Part shown: piece by piece, positions 25,315 to 33,938 of the stretch | How the letters are laid out: every line of letters starts with the position of its first letter | How positions within the stretch are numbered: the stretch's first letter is position 1 | Assembly: GCA_040754495.1 (NCBI GenBank) | Contig: JBFMCO010000032.1 | Span: 123 to 64,122, forward strand | Reading direction: 5' to 3' | Length of the DNA stretch: 64,000 nucleotides | DNA from: Candidatus Micrarchaeota archaeon | GTDB taxonomy: Archaea > Micrarchaeota > Micrarchaeia > Anstonellales > Bilamarchaeaceae | The notes under the pieces: generated by a model | Told to the model about the DNA's origin: nothing | The model's input: only the letters and a program-made list of their open reading frames with translations | Database searches by the model: none | Translations under genes and position numbers: made by a program

Positions 25315-25940
25315 CCCCTGCACCGCTCCAGTATCGCGATTGCCTCCTCGTCCTCGACCTGCGCGAAATTCTCGTAGAACTGGCCTATGGCGAAGAACAG
25401 GTCAGGCGTGAGCAGGCACACCGTTTCGTCGGCTTCCCGGGCTATGCGTGCAACGCTGTCCGGCGGCCCGACCGGCACTGCCACCACCACCTTCGCGGGC
25501 TGCTGCTTGCGTACGACGTGGATGGCCGCAAGCATGGTGCTCCCGGTCGCGATGCCATCATCCACGATGATGACCGTCTTGCCCTTGAAATCAGGCTTCG
25601 GGCGCCTCCCCCGATAGCGCACGTATTTCTCCTCCACGGCGGCCTCGAGCCTCTTCCTGTGGCCTTCAATATACGCCGGCGGCACGTCTGCGGAGGCGAG
25701 CGCATCCACGAAGTATTCCCCGCCCGGTCCGACAGCCCCGATGGCGTACTCTTCGCTCATCGGATGCGGTATCTTCTTCGTGACGATGATATCCAGCGGC
25801 GCGCCGAGCCTCTCATGAAGCACCTGCCCTATCCGGAGCGCCCCGCGCGGTATGGCTAGTATTATGACGTCCTTCCTGCCCGCGTACTTGACGAGCGCCC
25901 TGGCGAGCTGCTCCGCTGCATCGTATCTGTCCCGGAACAC
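25311..25940 (-). CDS. phosphoribosyltransferase-family protein
   Basis: 209-aa ORF with the PRPP-binding motif VIIVDDGIATGSTM. Convergent with the kinase gene, overlapping it by 4 nt. Confidence 0.8.
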   Translation of the reverse strand: MFRDRYDAAEQLARALVKYAGRKDVIILAIPRGALRIGQVLHERLGAPLDIIVTKKIPHPMSEEYAIGAVGPGGEYFVDALASADVPPAYIEGHRKRLEAAVEEKYVRYRGRRPKPDFKGKTVIIVDDGIATGSTMLAAIHVVRKQQPAKVVVAVPVGPPDSVARIAREADETVCLLTPDLFFAIGQFYENFAQVEDEEAIAILERCRG

Positions 25941-25949
25941 GCTCCATAC

Positions 25950-26519
25950 CTACCGCTTCACCCTTTTATCCTTTCCCTGCCTGGCCAGGAGGGCGCTCAT
26001 GGCAAGGCTCAGGATGAATACATATACGGGATATGACGCTATGGCGACGGTCCATTCCCCTATCGCAAAAAGGTTCAGCGTGTTCGCGGCCAGGAACATG
26101 AGCCAGGTGAGCCTGTCCTCGCTTTCAGGCCTCTCGTGAGCCTTCTTCAGCGTCGGAACCCCCCCGAGCGCATCCACCGCGATGGTAAGGTATAGCGCGA
26201 AGAGCGGCTCGCTTGTCAGGGCCCAGAGCAGGAGCCCTATGGCCGCCCCGGCCAGGCAGAACAGGTCCAGCGGAGTCCATCCGCCTTCCCCATACCTCAG
26301 CGAAAGCCCGGCCACGAAGACGAGCCCGACGGCGTAAGCAATCGGCACCCACGCGCTCTCCCTTGCCCCGGCAGAGTAGTAGCTGGCGGCGATGATGATG
26401 CCGAGCACCGCCCAGATGAGCCATGTGGCGCGGTTCGGCGTGGTCTTTTTCGCGAGGATGGATTTGATGTAGGGGGCGAAGGCAAGGAAGCCGATGGCGC
26501 CTGCTATGAGGCCGAGCAT
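25950..26519 (-). CDS. integral membrane protein (about 6 predicted TM segments)
   Basis: Start placed at ATG 26519 (MLGLIAGAIGFLAF...), with an alternative at 26558. The rest of the 443-aa ORF is antisense to the CapA-like gene. The product is hydrophobic throughout. Confidence 0.55.
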   Translation of the reverse strand: MLGLIAGAIGFLAFAPYIKSILAKKTTPNRATWLIWAVLGIIIAASYYSAGARESAWVPIAYAVGLVFVAGLSLRYGEGGWTPLDLFCLAGAAIGLLLWALTSEPLFALYLTIAVDALGGVPTLKKAHERPESEDRLTWLMFLAANTLNLFAIGEWTVAIASYPVYVFILSLAMSALLARQGKDKRVKR

Positions 26520-26556
26520 GCAACTGATATAAATCGCGCCGCTTAAGAAACCAATC

Positions 26557-27537
26557 ATGGTGCGGCTCGCATTCACCGGAGACGTCATGCTCGGAAGGCT
26601 CATGAACGAGGCCGCAGCGGTGAACAGCCCGGAATACTTCTGGGGCGACACGCTCCCGGTCCTGAAGGAGGCGGACCTGCGCCTGATTAACCTGGAGTGC
26701 GTGATTTCGGACCGGGGCAGCGAATGGACCAGGACGCCGAAGGTCTTCCATTTCAGGGCGCTTCCATGGGCGATAGGGGCGCTGAAGGCGGCCAAAATAG
26801 ATTGCGTATCGCTGGCCAACAACCACACGCTCGATTTCAGCGAGGAAGCCATGCTCGACATGCTTGAGAGGCTTGACTCTGCCGGGATAAAGCACGCCGG
26901 GGCAGGAAGGGATATGGAAGAGGCCCGGGAGCCGGCCATGCTTGAAGCCGGCGGCCTCAGGTTCGGCGTTGTATCCGCTTCAGACAACGAATCTGCGTGG
27001 CTGGCAGGAAAGGAAAAGCCGGGAATAAATTTCATACCCACCCTCATGCGGCCCGAAGTCCTCGAAAACGTCGCCAGGCAGATAAAAAAAGCCCGCGACA
27101 AGTCCGAAATCGTCATATTCTCGGACCACTGGGGGCCCAACATGCGCCAGCGGCCGGTTTCCCTGTTCGTGAGCTTCGCCCGCCAGGTAGTGGAGCTTGG
27201 CGCGGACATCTTCCACGGCCACAGCGCCCACCTTTTCCAGGGGATTGAAGCATGGCAGAAGAGACCCATCCTGTTCGACACGGGTGATTTCGTCGACGAC
27301 TATGCCGTGGACACCGAGCTCCGGAACGACTGGTCGTTCATTTTTCTTCTGGATATAAGCCGGAGGTACAAGCGGGTTGAGAAAATAACCCTCGTCCCGA
27401 CATACATCGAGCGGTTCCAGGCGCATCTCGCTCCGGATTTCCTTGCCGATGCCATATGCGAGAGGATGCGGGTCCTTTGCGGGGAGATGGGAACCGGGAC
27501 AGTGCGGGAGGGGCGTAATCTTGTCATTCATTTATAA
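26557..27537 (+). CDS. CapA/PGA-synthesis family metallophosphatase-like protein
   Basis: 326-aa ORF with FTGDVMLGR, NLECVIS and ANNHTLDF motifs. Confidence 0.8.
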   Translation: MVRLAFTGDVMLGRLMNEAAAVNSPEYFWGDTLPVLKEADLRLINLECVISDRGSEWTRTPKVFHFRALPWAIGALKAAKIDCVSLANNHTLDFSEEAMLDMLERLDSAGIKHAGAGRDMEEAREPAMLEAGGLRFGVVSASDNESAWLAGKEKPGINFIPTLMRPEVLENVARQIKKARDKSEIVIFSDHWGPNMRQRPVSLFVSFARQVVELGADIFHGHSAHLFQGIEAWQKRPILFDTGDFVDDYAVDTELRNDWSFIFLLDISRRYKRVEKITLVPTYIERFQAHLAPDFLADAICERMRVLCGEMGTGTVREGRNLVIHL

Positions 27538-27561
27538 ACATGTCCATACACACCTCTTTCC

Positions 27562-28401
27562 ATGGCAGGAGCAGCAATGGGGGCCAGGCAGCCCGGCACG
27601 GCCCTTCCTCATTATGAGACTTTCGACGCGGTCGCGTCATTCCGCAAGATGGAGTTTTTGTGCACGCGCTACGGGCTGAAACCTGAAACCATCCGGAAAG
27701 TGGTGCTGGAGCCTGTCCTCCGAGATGGGGAGGTCGTATCATTCCGCGGCGACGGGCCGCTTTTCGCCTATGCCTGCTCCAAGTCGGCGGCCGAGATTGG
27801 CATGCTTGCAAATTCGGTCATTGCCGAGGGCGGCATTTCCGGAAATGAGGCCCACCAGGCGAAGCAGGACCTGTGGGCGATTCTCAGGGACTTCTCCATG
27901 GGATACTCCCCGGTTGCCGAGGAGAAGCTCGGCCTCGTCTCCAGGACGAGGCTCAGGGCCTGGCTCAACCTCCAGGCAGTGAACGCACTATACACCGGGG
28001 GCCTCACATGGGACCTTTCGGCCATGCTCGCGCAACCCCAAATCTCCTCAGCCGCGAAGTCGCTGCTGGGCGAGGTGAAGGATGCGGGCTTCCGCATCGC
28101 GCCTGCCGAGCAGGGGGAAGGGACGTTCAAGGTCGCATTCAGCGTGTCCCTGCGGGGGCAGGCTGCGCAGATGCGGGAGGATGGCGCAGTCCTGTGGAGC
28201 TTCCCGGTCCATTCGCGCACGCTCCTCTCGCCCGCGCTCAAGCCCGACATGCCTTACGTGGTCTCCACCGCTGCGGCCGAGAGCGTGCTTTCGATAGCAG
28301 ACATCCTTCCGGACTTCATGCGGGGAATGAGGCGGGACTTCATAGTAATGCACAAGGAGAATACTCTCATTGTCGCTGATGTTACGGGCTCGTTCGGGTA
28401 G
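27562..28401 (+). CDS. hypothetical protein
   Basis: 279-aa ORF whose stop lies 5 nt before the start of paralog B. I recognise no motif. Confidence 0.55.
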   Translation: MAGAAMGARQPGTALPHYETFDAVASFRKMEFLCTRYGLKPETIRKVVLEPVLRDGEVVSFRGDGPLFAYACSKSAAEIGMLANSVIAEGGISGNEAHQAKQDLWAILRDFSMGYSPVAEEKLGLVSRTRLRAWLNLQAVNALYTGGLTWDLSAMLAQPQISSAAKSLLGEVKDAGFRIAPAEQGEGTFKVAFSVSLRGQAAQMREDGAVLWSFPVHSRTLLSPALKPDMPYVVSTAAAESVLSIADILPDFMRGMRRDFIVMHKENTLIVADVTGSFG

Positions 28402-28406
28402 ATCGG

Positions 28407-29222
28407 ATGAGCCAGCTCCATCATGCCCGGCACGCTCCTTCAATCCCCCCGGCCATTACCCTCGCGCAGGGCAGGTTCGGCAGATACAAGAAAGACAACG
28501 CACAACCGATACGTCAAGCGGAAACCAGCGGCGACGAGCTCCAGGAGCTGAGGCAGCTCAGGGAAATGCTCAGAAGCATGACGCCGGAACAGGCTATACA
28601 GGTGATAGAGTTTCGCCGCGGCCTCAATGCGTTTGAAGCCTTAGCCAAAAGGGAGGGCGCGCTGATAGTGCCGAATTTTGTGCATGACCGGATTCTTACT
28701 GAAACGGACTATGCATTTTTATCCAAAAATTATCCATTGTATCCCGTGTGGACAGGGACTGCCGTCCTCTACAAGCCGGGCGGCAAGCCGTTCGGGAAGC
28801 GCTTCGTTTTCAGCTGGCGGGAAGATGATGCCAGATACTCGGTCTCGTACAATGTCCCGCACCGGTTCCAGGGCAGGAAAGACTGCGTGCTGGTCGTCGA
28901 GCACCCGGATTTCGAGCTGGTGCCGATAGGTAACAACCGTTTCAAGTTCATAGCCAGCCCTGATTCGGTTCATCTGCTGGATGATTTCCCTCCCAAGCCG
29001 GTTCCCATAGGCAGCCTGCACTACTTTCCTTTCGATGAACGTTTTCGGATACCTGCCGGGACCGAAACAAGCCTTTCAGCCTATTCGCGGTGCTTGTCTA
29101 GGCAAAATGGCGGCTATATAGGCCTTATAGCCAGGAGATACGCCGGCAGGGACCAGTCGACAGTCGGGCTTGGCCTCGAGCCTTCCAGCGAATGCGGCGT
29201 GGCCCTCGCCCGCCTGAAATGA
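28407..29222 (+). CDS. hypothetical protein, paralog B of 23460 gene
   Basis: 271-aa ORF collinear with the 23460 product. Nucleotide similarity is visible over the 5' third. Confidence 0.65.
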   Translation: MSQLHHARHAPSIPPAITLAQGRFGRYKKDNAQPIRQAETSGDELQELRQLREMLRSMTPEQAIQVIEFRRGLNAFEALAKREGALIVPNFVHDRILTETDYAFLSKNYPLYPVWTGTAVLYKPGGKPFGKRFVFSWREDDARYSVSYNVPHRFQGRKDCVLVVEHPDFELVPIGNNRFKFIASPDSVHLLDDFPPKPVPIGSLHYFPFDERFRIPAGTETSLSAYSRCLSRQNGGYIGLIARRYAGRDQSTVGLGLEPSSECGVALARLK

Positions 29223-29228
29223 ACCGGG

Positions 29229-31679
29229 CTACGGGGTTTTCCGTTCAGTGTTTTGGGTTTCCGGTTTCGGCTCTGCCGGCTCGCTCTTGGGCACTACCGC
29301 GAAACTGGCCACCTTCTCGCCCTCGCCGAGCCGGATTATCGTCACGCCCTGCGTGTTCCTGCCGATTACCGATATATCCTTCAGGTAAGTCCGGATGGCC
29401 TGCCCCTTCGAGCTCATGACTATGATTTCATCTTCATCGTCCGCGGCCCTGATGCCGACAACGGCCCCGTTCCTGCCCTCGGTCTTGATGTTTATCACTC
29501 CGGAACCACCACGACCCTGAACACGATACTCATCAATGTGCGTCCTTTTCCCGAATCCGTTCTCGGTGATTGTCAGGATGGTGGGCTTGCGGCAGGCGGC
29601 TATGCCTACGACCTCGTCCTCGCCCTCCTTGAACCGGATGCCGATTACGCCCTGGCCGGTCCTGCCGATTTCGCGGGCTTCCTCTTCCTTGAAGCGGATG
29701 GCCTGCCCTTTCCTCGTGGCAATCAGCAGCTCCTGTTTCCCGTCGGTCTTGATGACCTCGACGAGCCCGTCGCCCTCCTTGAGGGTAATCGCTATGATGC
29801 CGCTCTTGCGGACGTTGCCGAAGTTCTCGAGCGCGGTCCTCTTTATGGTGCCGTTCCTTGTCACCATGGACAGGAATTCGCCGGAATCGAAGCGGTCCAC
29901 GCTTATCCACGAGGTAACCTTCTCGTCCTTGAGGTCGAGCAGTGAAACAAGCGTCTTTCCGGTCGAGTAGCGGCTGCCTTCTGGCGTGCGCCAAACTTTC
30001 AGCCAGAATGCCCTGCCCTTGTCTGTGAACAGCAGCAGATAGTTGTGGTTTTTCGTGACGATGACGTCCTGTACGAAGTCCTCTTCCTTGGTCTCAGTCC
30101 CTATCACGCCCTTGCCGCCGCGGTGCTGGGAGCGGTATTCGTCCAGGCCGACCCTCTTGACGTAGCCGCGCGAGCTTATCACGACCACCACGTCGTCGTT
30201 CGGTATGAGCGACTCGATGTCCAGCTCCCCTTCCTCGCCGTCGGTTATCTCTGTCCTTCTCGCATCGCCGTACTTCTCCTTTATCTCCGTGAGCTCGGCC
30301 TTGATGATGTCCAGTATCATTTTCACGTCGGCGAGCACTTCCTGGAGCCAGGCTATTTTTTTGACAAGCTCCCGGTATTCACTCTCGATTTTCTCGCGCT
30401 CAAGGGCAATCAGCCTTGAGAGCCTCATCTCGAGGATGGCATTGGCCTGTATCTCGCTCAGCGCATACCTCTTCATGAGGCCGGCCCGCGCCTCTTCGAC
30501 GTCCTTCGACTTCCGCAGGAACTCCACGATGGGGTCTATGTTCTGCAGGGCGATCCTCAGCCCCTCAAGCACGTGCGCCCTCTCCTTGGCCTGCTTCAGC
30601 TCGAACTCGCTCCTTTTCCTGACTATCTGCTTGCGGAACTCTATGAACTCGCTTATCATGCCATGCAGGCTCATGACCTTCGGCTGCTTGCCAACAATCG
30701 CCAGGTTGATGATGCCGAATGTCGTCTGGAGCTGGGTGTGCGCGTATAGCTGGTTCAGGACGATGTCGGCGTCGTAGCCCTTCTTCAGCTCTATTATGAC
30801 CTCCATCCCGTCCTTGTCCGAGCGGTCGTGGACCCCGTTTATTCCATCGACCCTCTTGTTCCGGACGGCCTCGACTATGGATTCGATTATCGTGGTCTTC
30901 GTGACCTGGTAGGGGATTTCCCTTATGATAATGGCGTTCTTCTTTTCGTCCTTCTCGGTCCTGGCCCGGACCTTCAAGGCGCCCCTTCCGGTCTTGTACG
31001 CATCCAGTATGCCCCGCCTCCCGACGATTATGCCGCCTGTCGGAAAGTCGGGCCCGGTGACCAGCCTGATCATCTCCTCCTCGCCGGCCCCGTCTATGAG
31101 GGCGACCGTGGCGTCTATGACCTCGCCGAGGTTGTGCGGCGGCATGTTAGTCGCCATCCCCACCGCGATGCCGGACGACCCGTTGATGAGGAGGTTAGGT
31201 ATCTTCGCCGGAAGCACGGTCGGCTCCTTGAGCGTGCCGTCGAAATTGTCGGTGAAGGAGACGGTCTCCTTGTCTATATCGGAAAGCATCTCCGCGGTGA
31301 TCTTCGCCATCCTCACCTCCGTGTACCTCATCGCAGCAGGCGAATCCCCGTCTATGGAGCCCATGTTGCCCTGCCCGTCGACCAGCGTGTACCGCAGCGA
31401 GAACGGCTGTGCCATCCTGACCAGCGCATCGTAGACGGCGAGGTCGCCATGGGGATGGTATTTGCCCAGCACCTCGCCGACTATGCGCGCGCTTTTCTTG
31501 GTGGGCTTGCCATAGACGTTGCCGAGGTCCTGCATCCCGAAAAGTATCCTCCTGTGGACCGGCTTGAGCCCGTCCCGCACATCTGGGATCGCCCGCCCGA
31601 TTATGACCGACATCGCGTAATCAAGGTAGCTCTCCTTCATGTCGGCTTCAATCGGTCTGTTGGTGATTATTTCAGGCAT
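29229..31679 (-). CDS. gyrA: DNA gyrase subunit A
   Basis: 816-aa ORF with [26 protein letters not shown] and beta-pinwheel C-terminal repeats. It lies downstream of gyrB. Confidence 0.97.
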   Translation of the reverse strand: MPEIITNRPIEADMKESYLDYAMSVIIGRAIPDVRDGLKPVHRRILFGMQDLGNVYGKPTKKSARIVGEVLGKYHPHGDLAVYDALVRMAQPFSLRYTLVDGQGNMGSIDGDSPAAMRYTEVRMAKITAEMLSDIDKETVSFTDNFDGTLKEPTVLPAKIPNLLINGSSGIAVGMATNMPPHNLGEVIDATVALIDGAGEEEMIRLVTGPDFPTGGIIVGRRGILDAYKTGRGALKVRARTEKDEKKNAIIIREIPYQVTKTTIIESIVEAVRNKRVDGINGVHDRSDKDGMEVIIELKKGYDADIVLNQLYAHTQLQTTFGIINLAIVGKQPKVMSLHGMISEFIEFRKQIVRKRSEFELKQAKERAHVLEGLRIALQNIDPIVEFLRKSKDVEEARAGLMKRYALSEIQANAILEMRLSRLIALEREKIESEYRELVKKIAWLQEVLADVKMILDIIKAELTEIKEKYGDARRTEITDGEEGELDIESLIPNDDVVVVISSRGYVKRVGLDEYRSQHRGGKGVIGTETKEEDFVQDVIVTKNHNYLLLFTDKGRAFWLKVWRTPEGSRYSTGKTLVSLLDLKDEKVTSWISVDRFDSGEFLSMVTRNGTIKRTALENFGNVRKSGIIAITLKEGDGLVEVIKTDGKQELLIATRKGQAIRFKEEEAREIGRTGQGVIGIRFKEGEDEVVGIAACRKPTILTITENGFGKRTHIDEYRVQGRGGSGVINIKTEGRNGAVVGIRAADDEDEIIVMSSKGQAIRTYLKDISVIGRNTQGVTIIRLGEGEKVASFAVVPKSEPAEPKPETQNTERKTP
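29233..29272. repeat. heptamer-family repeat array forming the gyrA 3' end
   Basis: GGTTTTC CGTTCAG TGTTTTG GGTTTCC GGTTTCG. It encodes the tail ...[14 protein letters not shown]. Confidence 0.55.
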
Positions 31680-31686
31680 ATGACCA

Positions 31687-33576
31687 CTAGATATCCAGGT
31701 TCTTCACGGTCGCGGCGTGCTGCTCGATGAAATTCCTCCTCGGTTCGACCTGGTCCCCCATGAGGATGGTGAAAAGCTCGTCTGCGACCATCGCGTCCTC
31801 TATCGTCACCTTCTTAAGCGTCCGCGTCTCCGGGTTCATCGTGGTTTCCCAGAGCTGCTCTGCGTTCATCTCGCCCAGGCCCTTGTACCTCTGGATGTTC
31901 GCCCCTTCGCCCACCTGCTTCATCAGGCCGGCGAGCTCCGCGTCGCTGTAGGCGTAGTTCACGCTCTTGCCCTTGGCGACCCTGTAGAGGGGGGGCTGGG
32001 CGGCGTAAAGGTAGCCCTTCTCTATTACCTCCTTGAAATAGCGGTAGAAGAGCGTAAGGATGAGCGTCCGGATGTGCGAGCCGTCCACGTCGGCATCGCT
32101 CATTATGATTATCTTGTGGTACCTCACCTTTGCGATGTCGAAGTCGTCCTTGAAGCCGGCGCCGATGGACACCACGATGTTCCTTATCTGCTCGCTCTCA
32201 AGCACCTTATGCATCGGGGCCTTTTCCACGTTCAGTATCTTGCCGCGCAAGGGCAGTATCGCCTGGTGCTGGCGGTCGCGGGCCATCTTGCTGCTCCCGC
32301 CGGCAGAATCCCCCTCGACGAAGAATATCTCGGATTTGGCCGGGTCCTCCTCGCTGCAGTCTGCCAGCTTGCCCGGGAGCACCGAGCTCTCGAAGACGTT
32401 CTTCCTGCGTATGAGGTCCTTGGCCTTCTGCGCAGCCTCGCGCGCCTCCATGGCATTCACAATCTTGTCCATGACGCGCTTGGCTTCCGGCGGGTGCTCC
32501 TCGAAGTACGTCTTGAGGGCGTCATAGATTATGCTGTCGACCTGGCCCCTGATTTCGCTGTTGCCGAGCTTCGTCTTCGTCTGGCCCTCGAACTGGGGTT
32601 CGGGAACCTTGAGGCTCAGTATCGCTGTCAGCCCCTCTATGGAGTCGTCACCGGTTATCTTGTGGTCCTCCTTGACTATCTTGTTCGACTTCGCGTAGTC
32701 GTTCACCACGCGCGTGAGGGCGGTCCTGAACCCGACCATGTGCGTGCCGCCCTCGATGGTCTTGATGTCGTTCACGAATGAGTATATCATCTCGTTGTAG
32801 CTGTCCGTGTACTGGATGGCGGCCTCTATCTCCACATGGTCCGTCCTCTTTGAGATGTAAAACGGCTCGTGGAGCTTGTTCCTGGCCTGGTTGAGGTACC
32901 CGACGAACTCCACTATGCCGCCTTCGTACCGGAACTCCTCTTTCTTCCCGTCCCGCTCGTCCTCCAGCGCCATGCGCAGGCCCTTGTTCAGGAAGGCCAG
33001 CTCCATTATGCGCTCCTTGAGGTATTCGTAGTCGAAATCGGCAGACTGGAATATCTGGGGGTCCGGCTTGAACGACACCACCGTGCCGTGGGACGGGCTG
33101 TCCCCGACGACTTTGACCGGCTCCTTGACCTTTCCCCGCGCATATACCAGGGAGTGCCTCTTGCCGTCCCTGTTGACCTCGATTAGCATCCATTCCGAGA
33201 GCGCGTTCACCACGCTCATGCCCACCCCGTGGAGGCCGCCGGAGACCTTGTACGCCTTCTTCTCGAACTTCCCGCCGGCGTGCAGCGAGCTCGAAACGAC
33301 CTCCATGGCGGATTTCCCCGACGCGTGCCTGTCCGTGGGTATGCCCCTGCCGTCGTCGGCCACGGTCACGGAGCCGTCCTTGCGGAGGGTTATTGTTATG
33401 CTCTTGCAGTAGCCGGCGAGGGCCTCGTCTATGGAGTTGTCGACGATTTCGTAGATGAGGTGGTGGAGGCCCCTCTTGTAGGTGTCCCCTATGTACATTC
33501 CGGGCCTTCTGCGGACCCCCTCTAAGCCTTCAAGGACCTGTATCTCCTTGGCCGTATAACCCGTTTCGCCATGCAT
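31687..33576 (-). CDS. gyrB: DNA gyrase subunit B
   Basis: Motifs: [42 protein letters not shown] 33576 is preferred over the GTG at 33609 that opens the tracked ORF. Confidence 0.97.
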   Translation of the reverse strand: MHGETGYTAKEIQVLEGLEGVRRRPGMYIGDTYKRGLHHLIYEIVDNSIDEALAGYCKSITITLRKDGSVTVADDGRGIPTDRHASGKSAMEVVSSSLHAGGKFEKKAYKVSGGLHGVGMSVVNALSEWMLIEVNRDGKRHSLVYARGKVKEPVKVVGDSPSHGTVVSFKPDPQIFQSADFDYEYLKERIMELAFLNKGLRMALEDERDGKKEEFRYEGGIVEFVGYLNQARNKLHEPFYISKRTDHVEIEAAIQYTDSYNEMIYSFVNDIKTIEGGTHMVGFRTALTRVVNDYAKSNKIVKEDHKITGDDSIEGLTAILSLKVPEPQFEGQTKTKLGNSEIRGQVDSIIYDALKTYFEEHPPEAKRVMDKIVNAMEAREAAQKAKDLIRRKNVFESSVLPGKLADCSEEDPAKSEIFFVEGDSAGGSSKMARDRQHQAILPLRGKILNVEKAPMHKVLESEQIRNIVVSIGAGFKDDFDIAKVRYHKIIIMSDADVDGSHIRTLILTLFYRYFKEVIEKGYLYAAQPPLYRVAKGKSVNYAYSDAELAGLMKQVGEGANIQRYKGLGEMNAEQLWETTMNPETRTLKKVTIEDAMVADELFTILMGDQVEPRRNFIEQHAATVKNLDI

Positions 33577-33682
33577 ATTACTACCACTAATCCACGGTGC
33601 TAAATCCACGTCGTAGAGGAATGAGTTTTTTCAGTGAAAATCTATTGCTCAAAAGGCTTTAAATTCGTATGTTTTGGGGCGC

Positions 33683-33937
33683 CTAGACGGCCCTTGCGCA
33701 GGCCATCCGGATGGCCTCGGCGGCCCTCAGCATGACCACGCTGTTCTGGTCGGAAACGAGCCCTGCAACGGCCCCCATCTCGGCCGGGGAAGCCCGCAGT
33801 ATCCCTGCGACCTCTTCGAGCCGGCCCTCCAGGAGCATGCTCCGGTAGGCCGGCACCCTGGATATCGTCTCCTCGAGCGGCGCGAAGCGGCCTGTAGCGG
33901 GCTCTTTTGGCGCCTCCGGGGCTTTCAATGCCTGCAT
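33683..33937 (-). CDS. small hypothetical protein
   Basis: 84-aa ORF whose ATG lies 1 nt after the stop of the upstream 759-aa gene, a spacing consistent with translational coupling. Confidence 0.4.
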   Translation of the reverse strand: MQALKAPEAPKEPATGRFAPLEETISRVPAYRSMLLEGRLEEVAGILRASPAEMGAVAGLVSDQNSVVMLRAAEAIRMACARAV

Positions 33938-33938
33938 G

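Noticed and set aside
26520-27281. Upstream 254 codons of the 443-aa minus-strand ORF 25950-27281
   Set aside because: This part is antisense to the CapA-like gene (clear motifs) and is Ser/Ala/Arg-rich low-complexity. Only the hydrophobic C-terminal 189 aa, from ATG 26519, looks like a real protein.
23460-29222. Composite transposon or integrated element interpretation of the paralog-flanked cassette
   Set aside because: No transposase, integrase, tRNA target, terminal inverted repeats or target-site duplication could be seen. The flanking repeats are diverged protein-coding paralogs, not IS copies.
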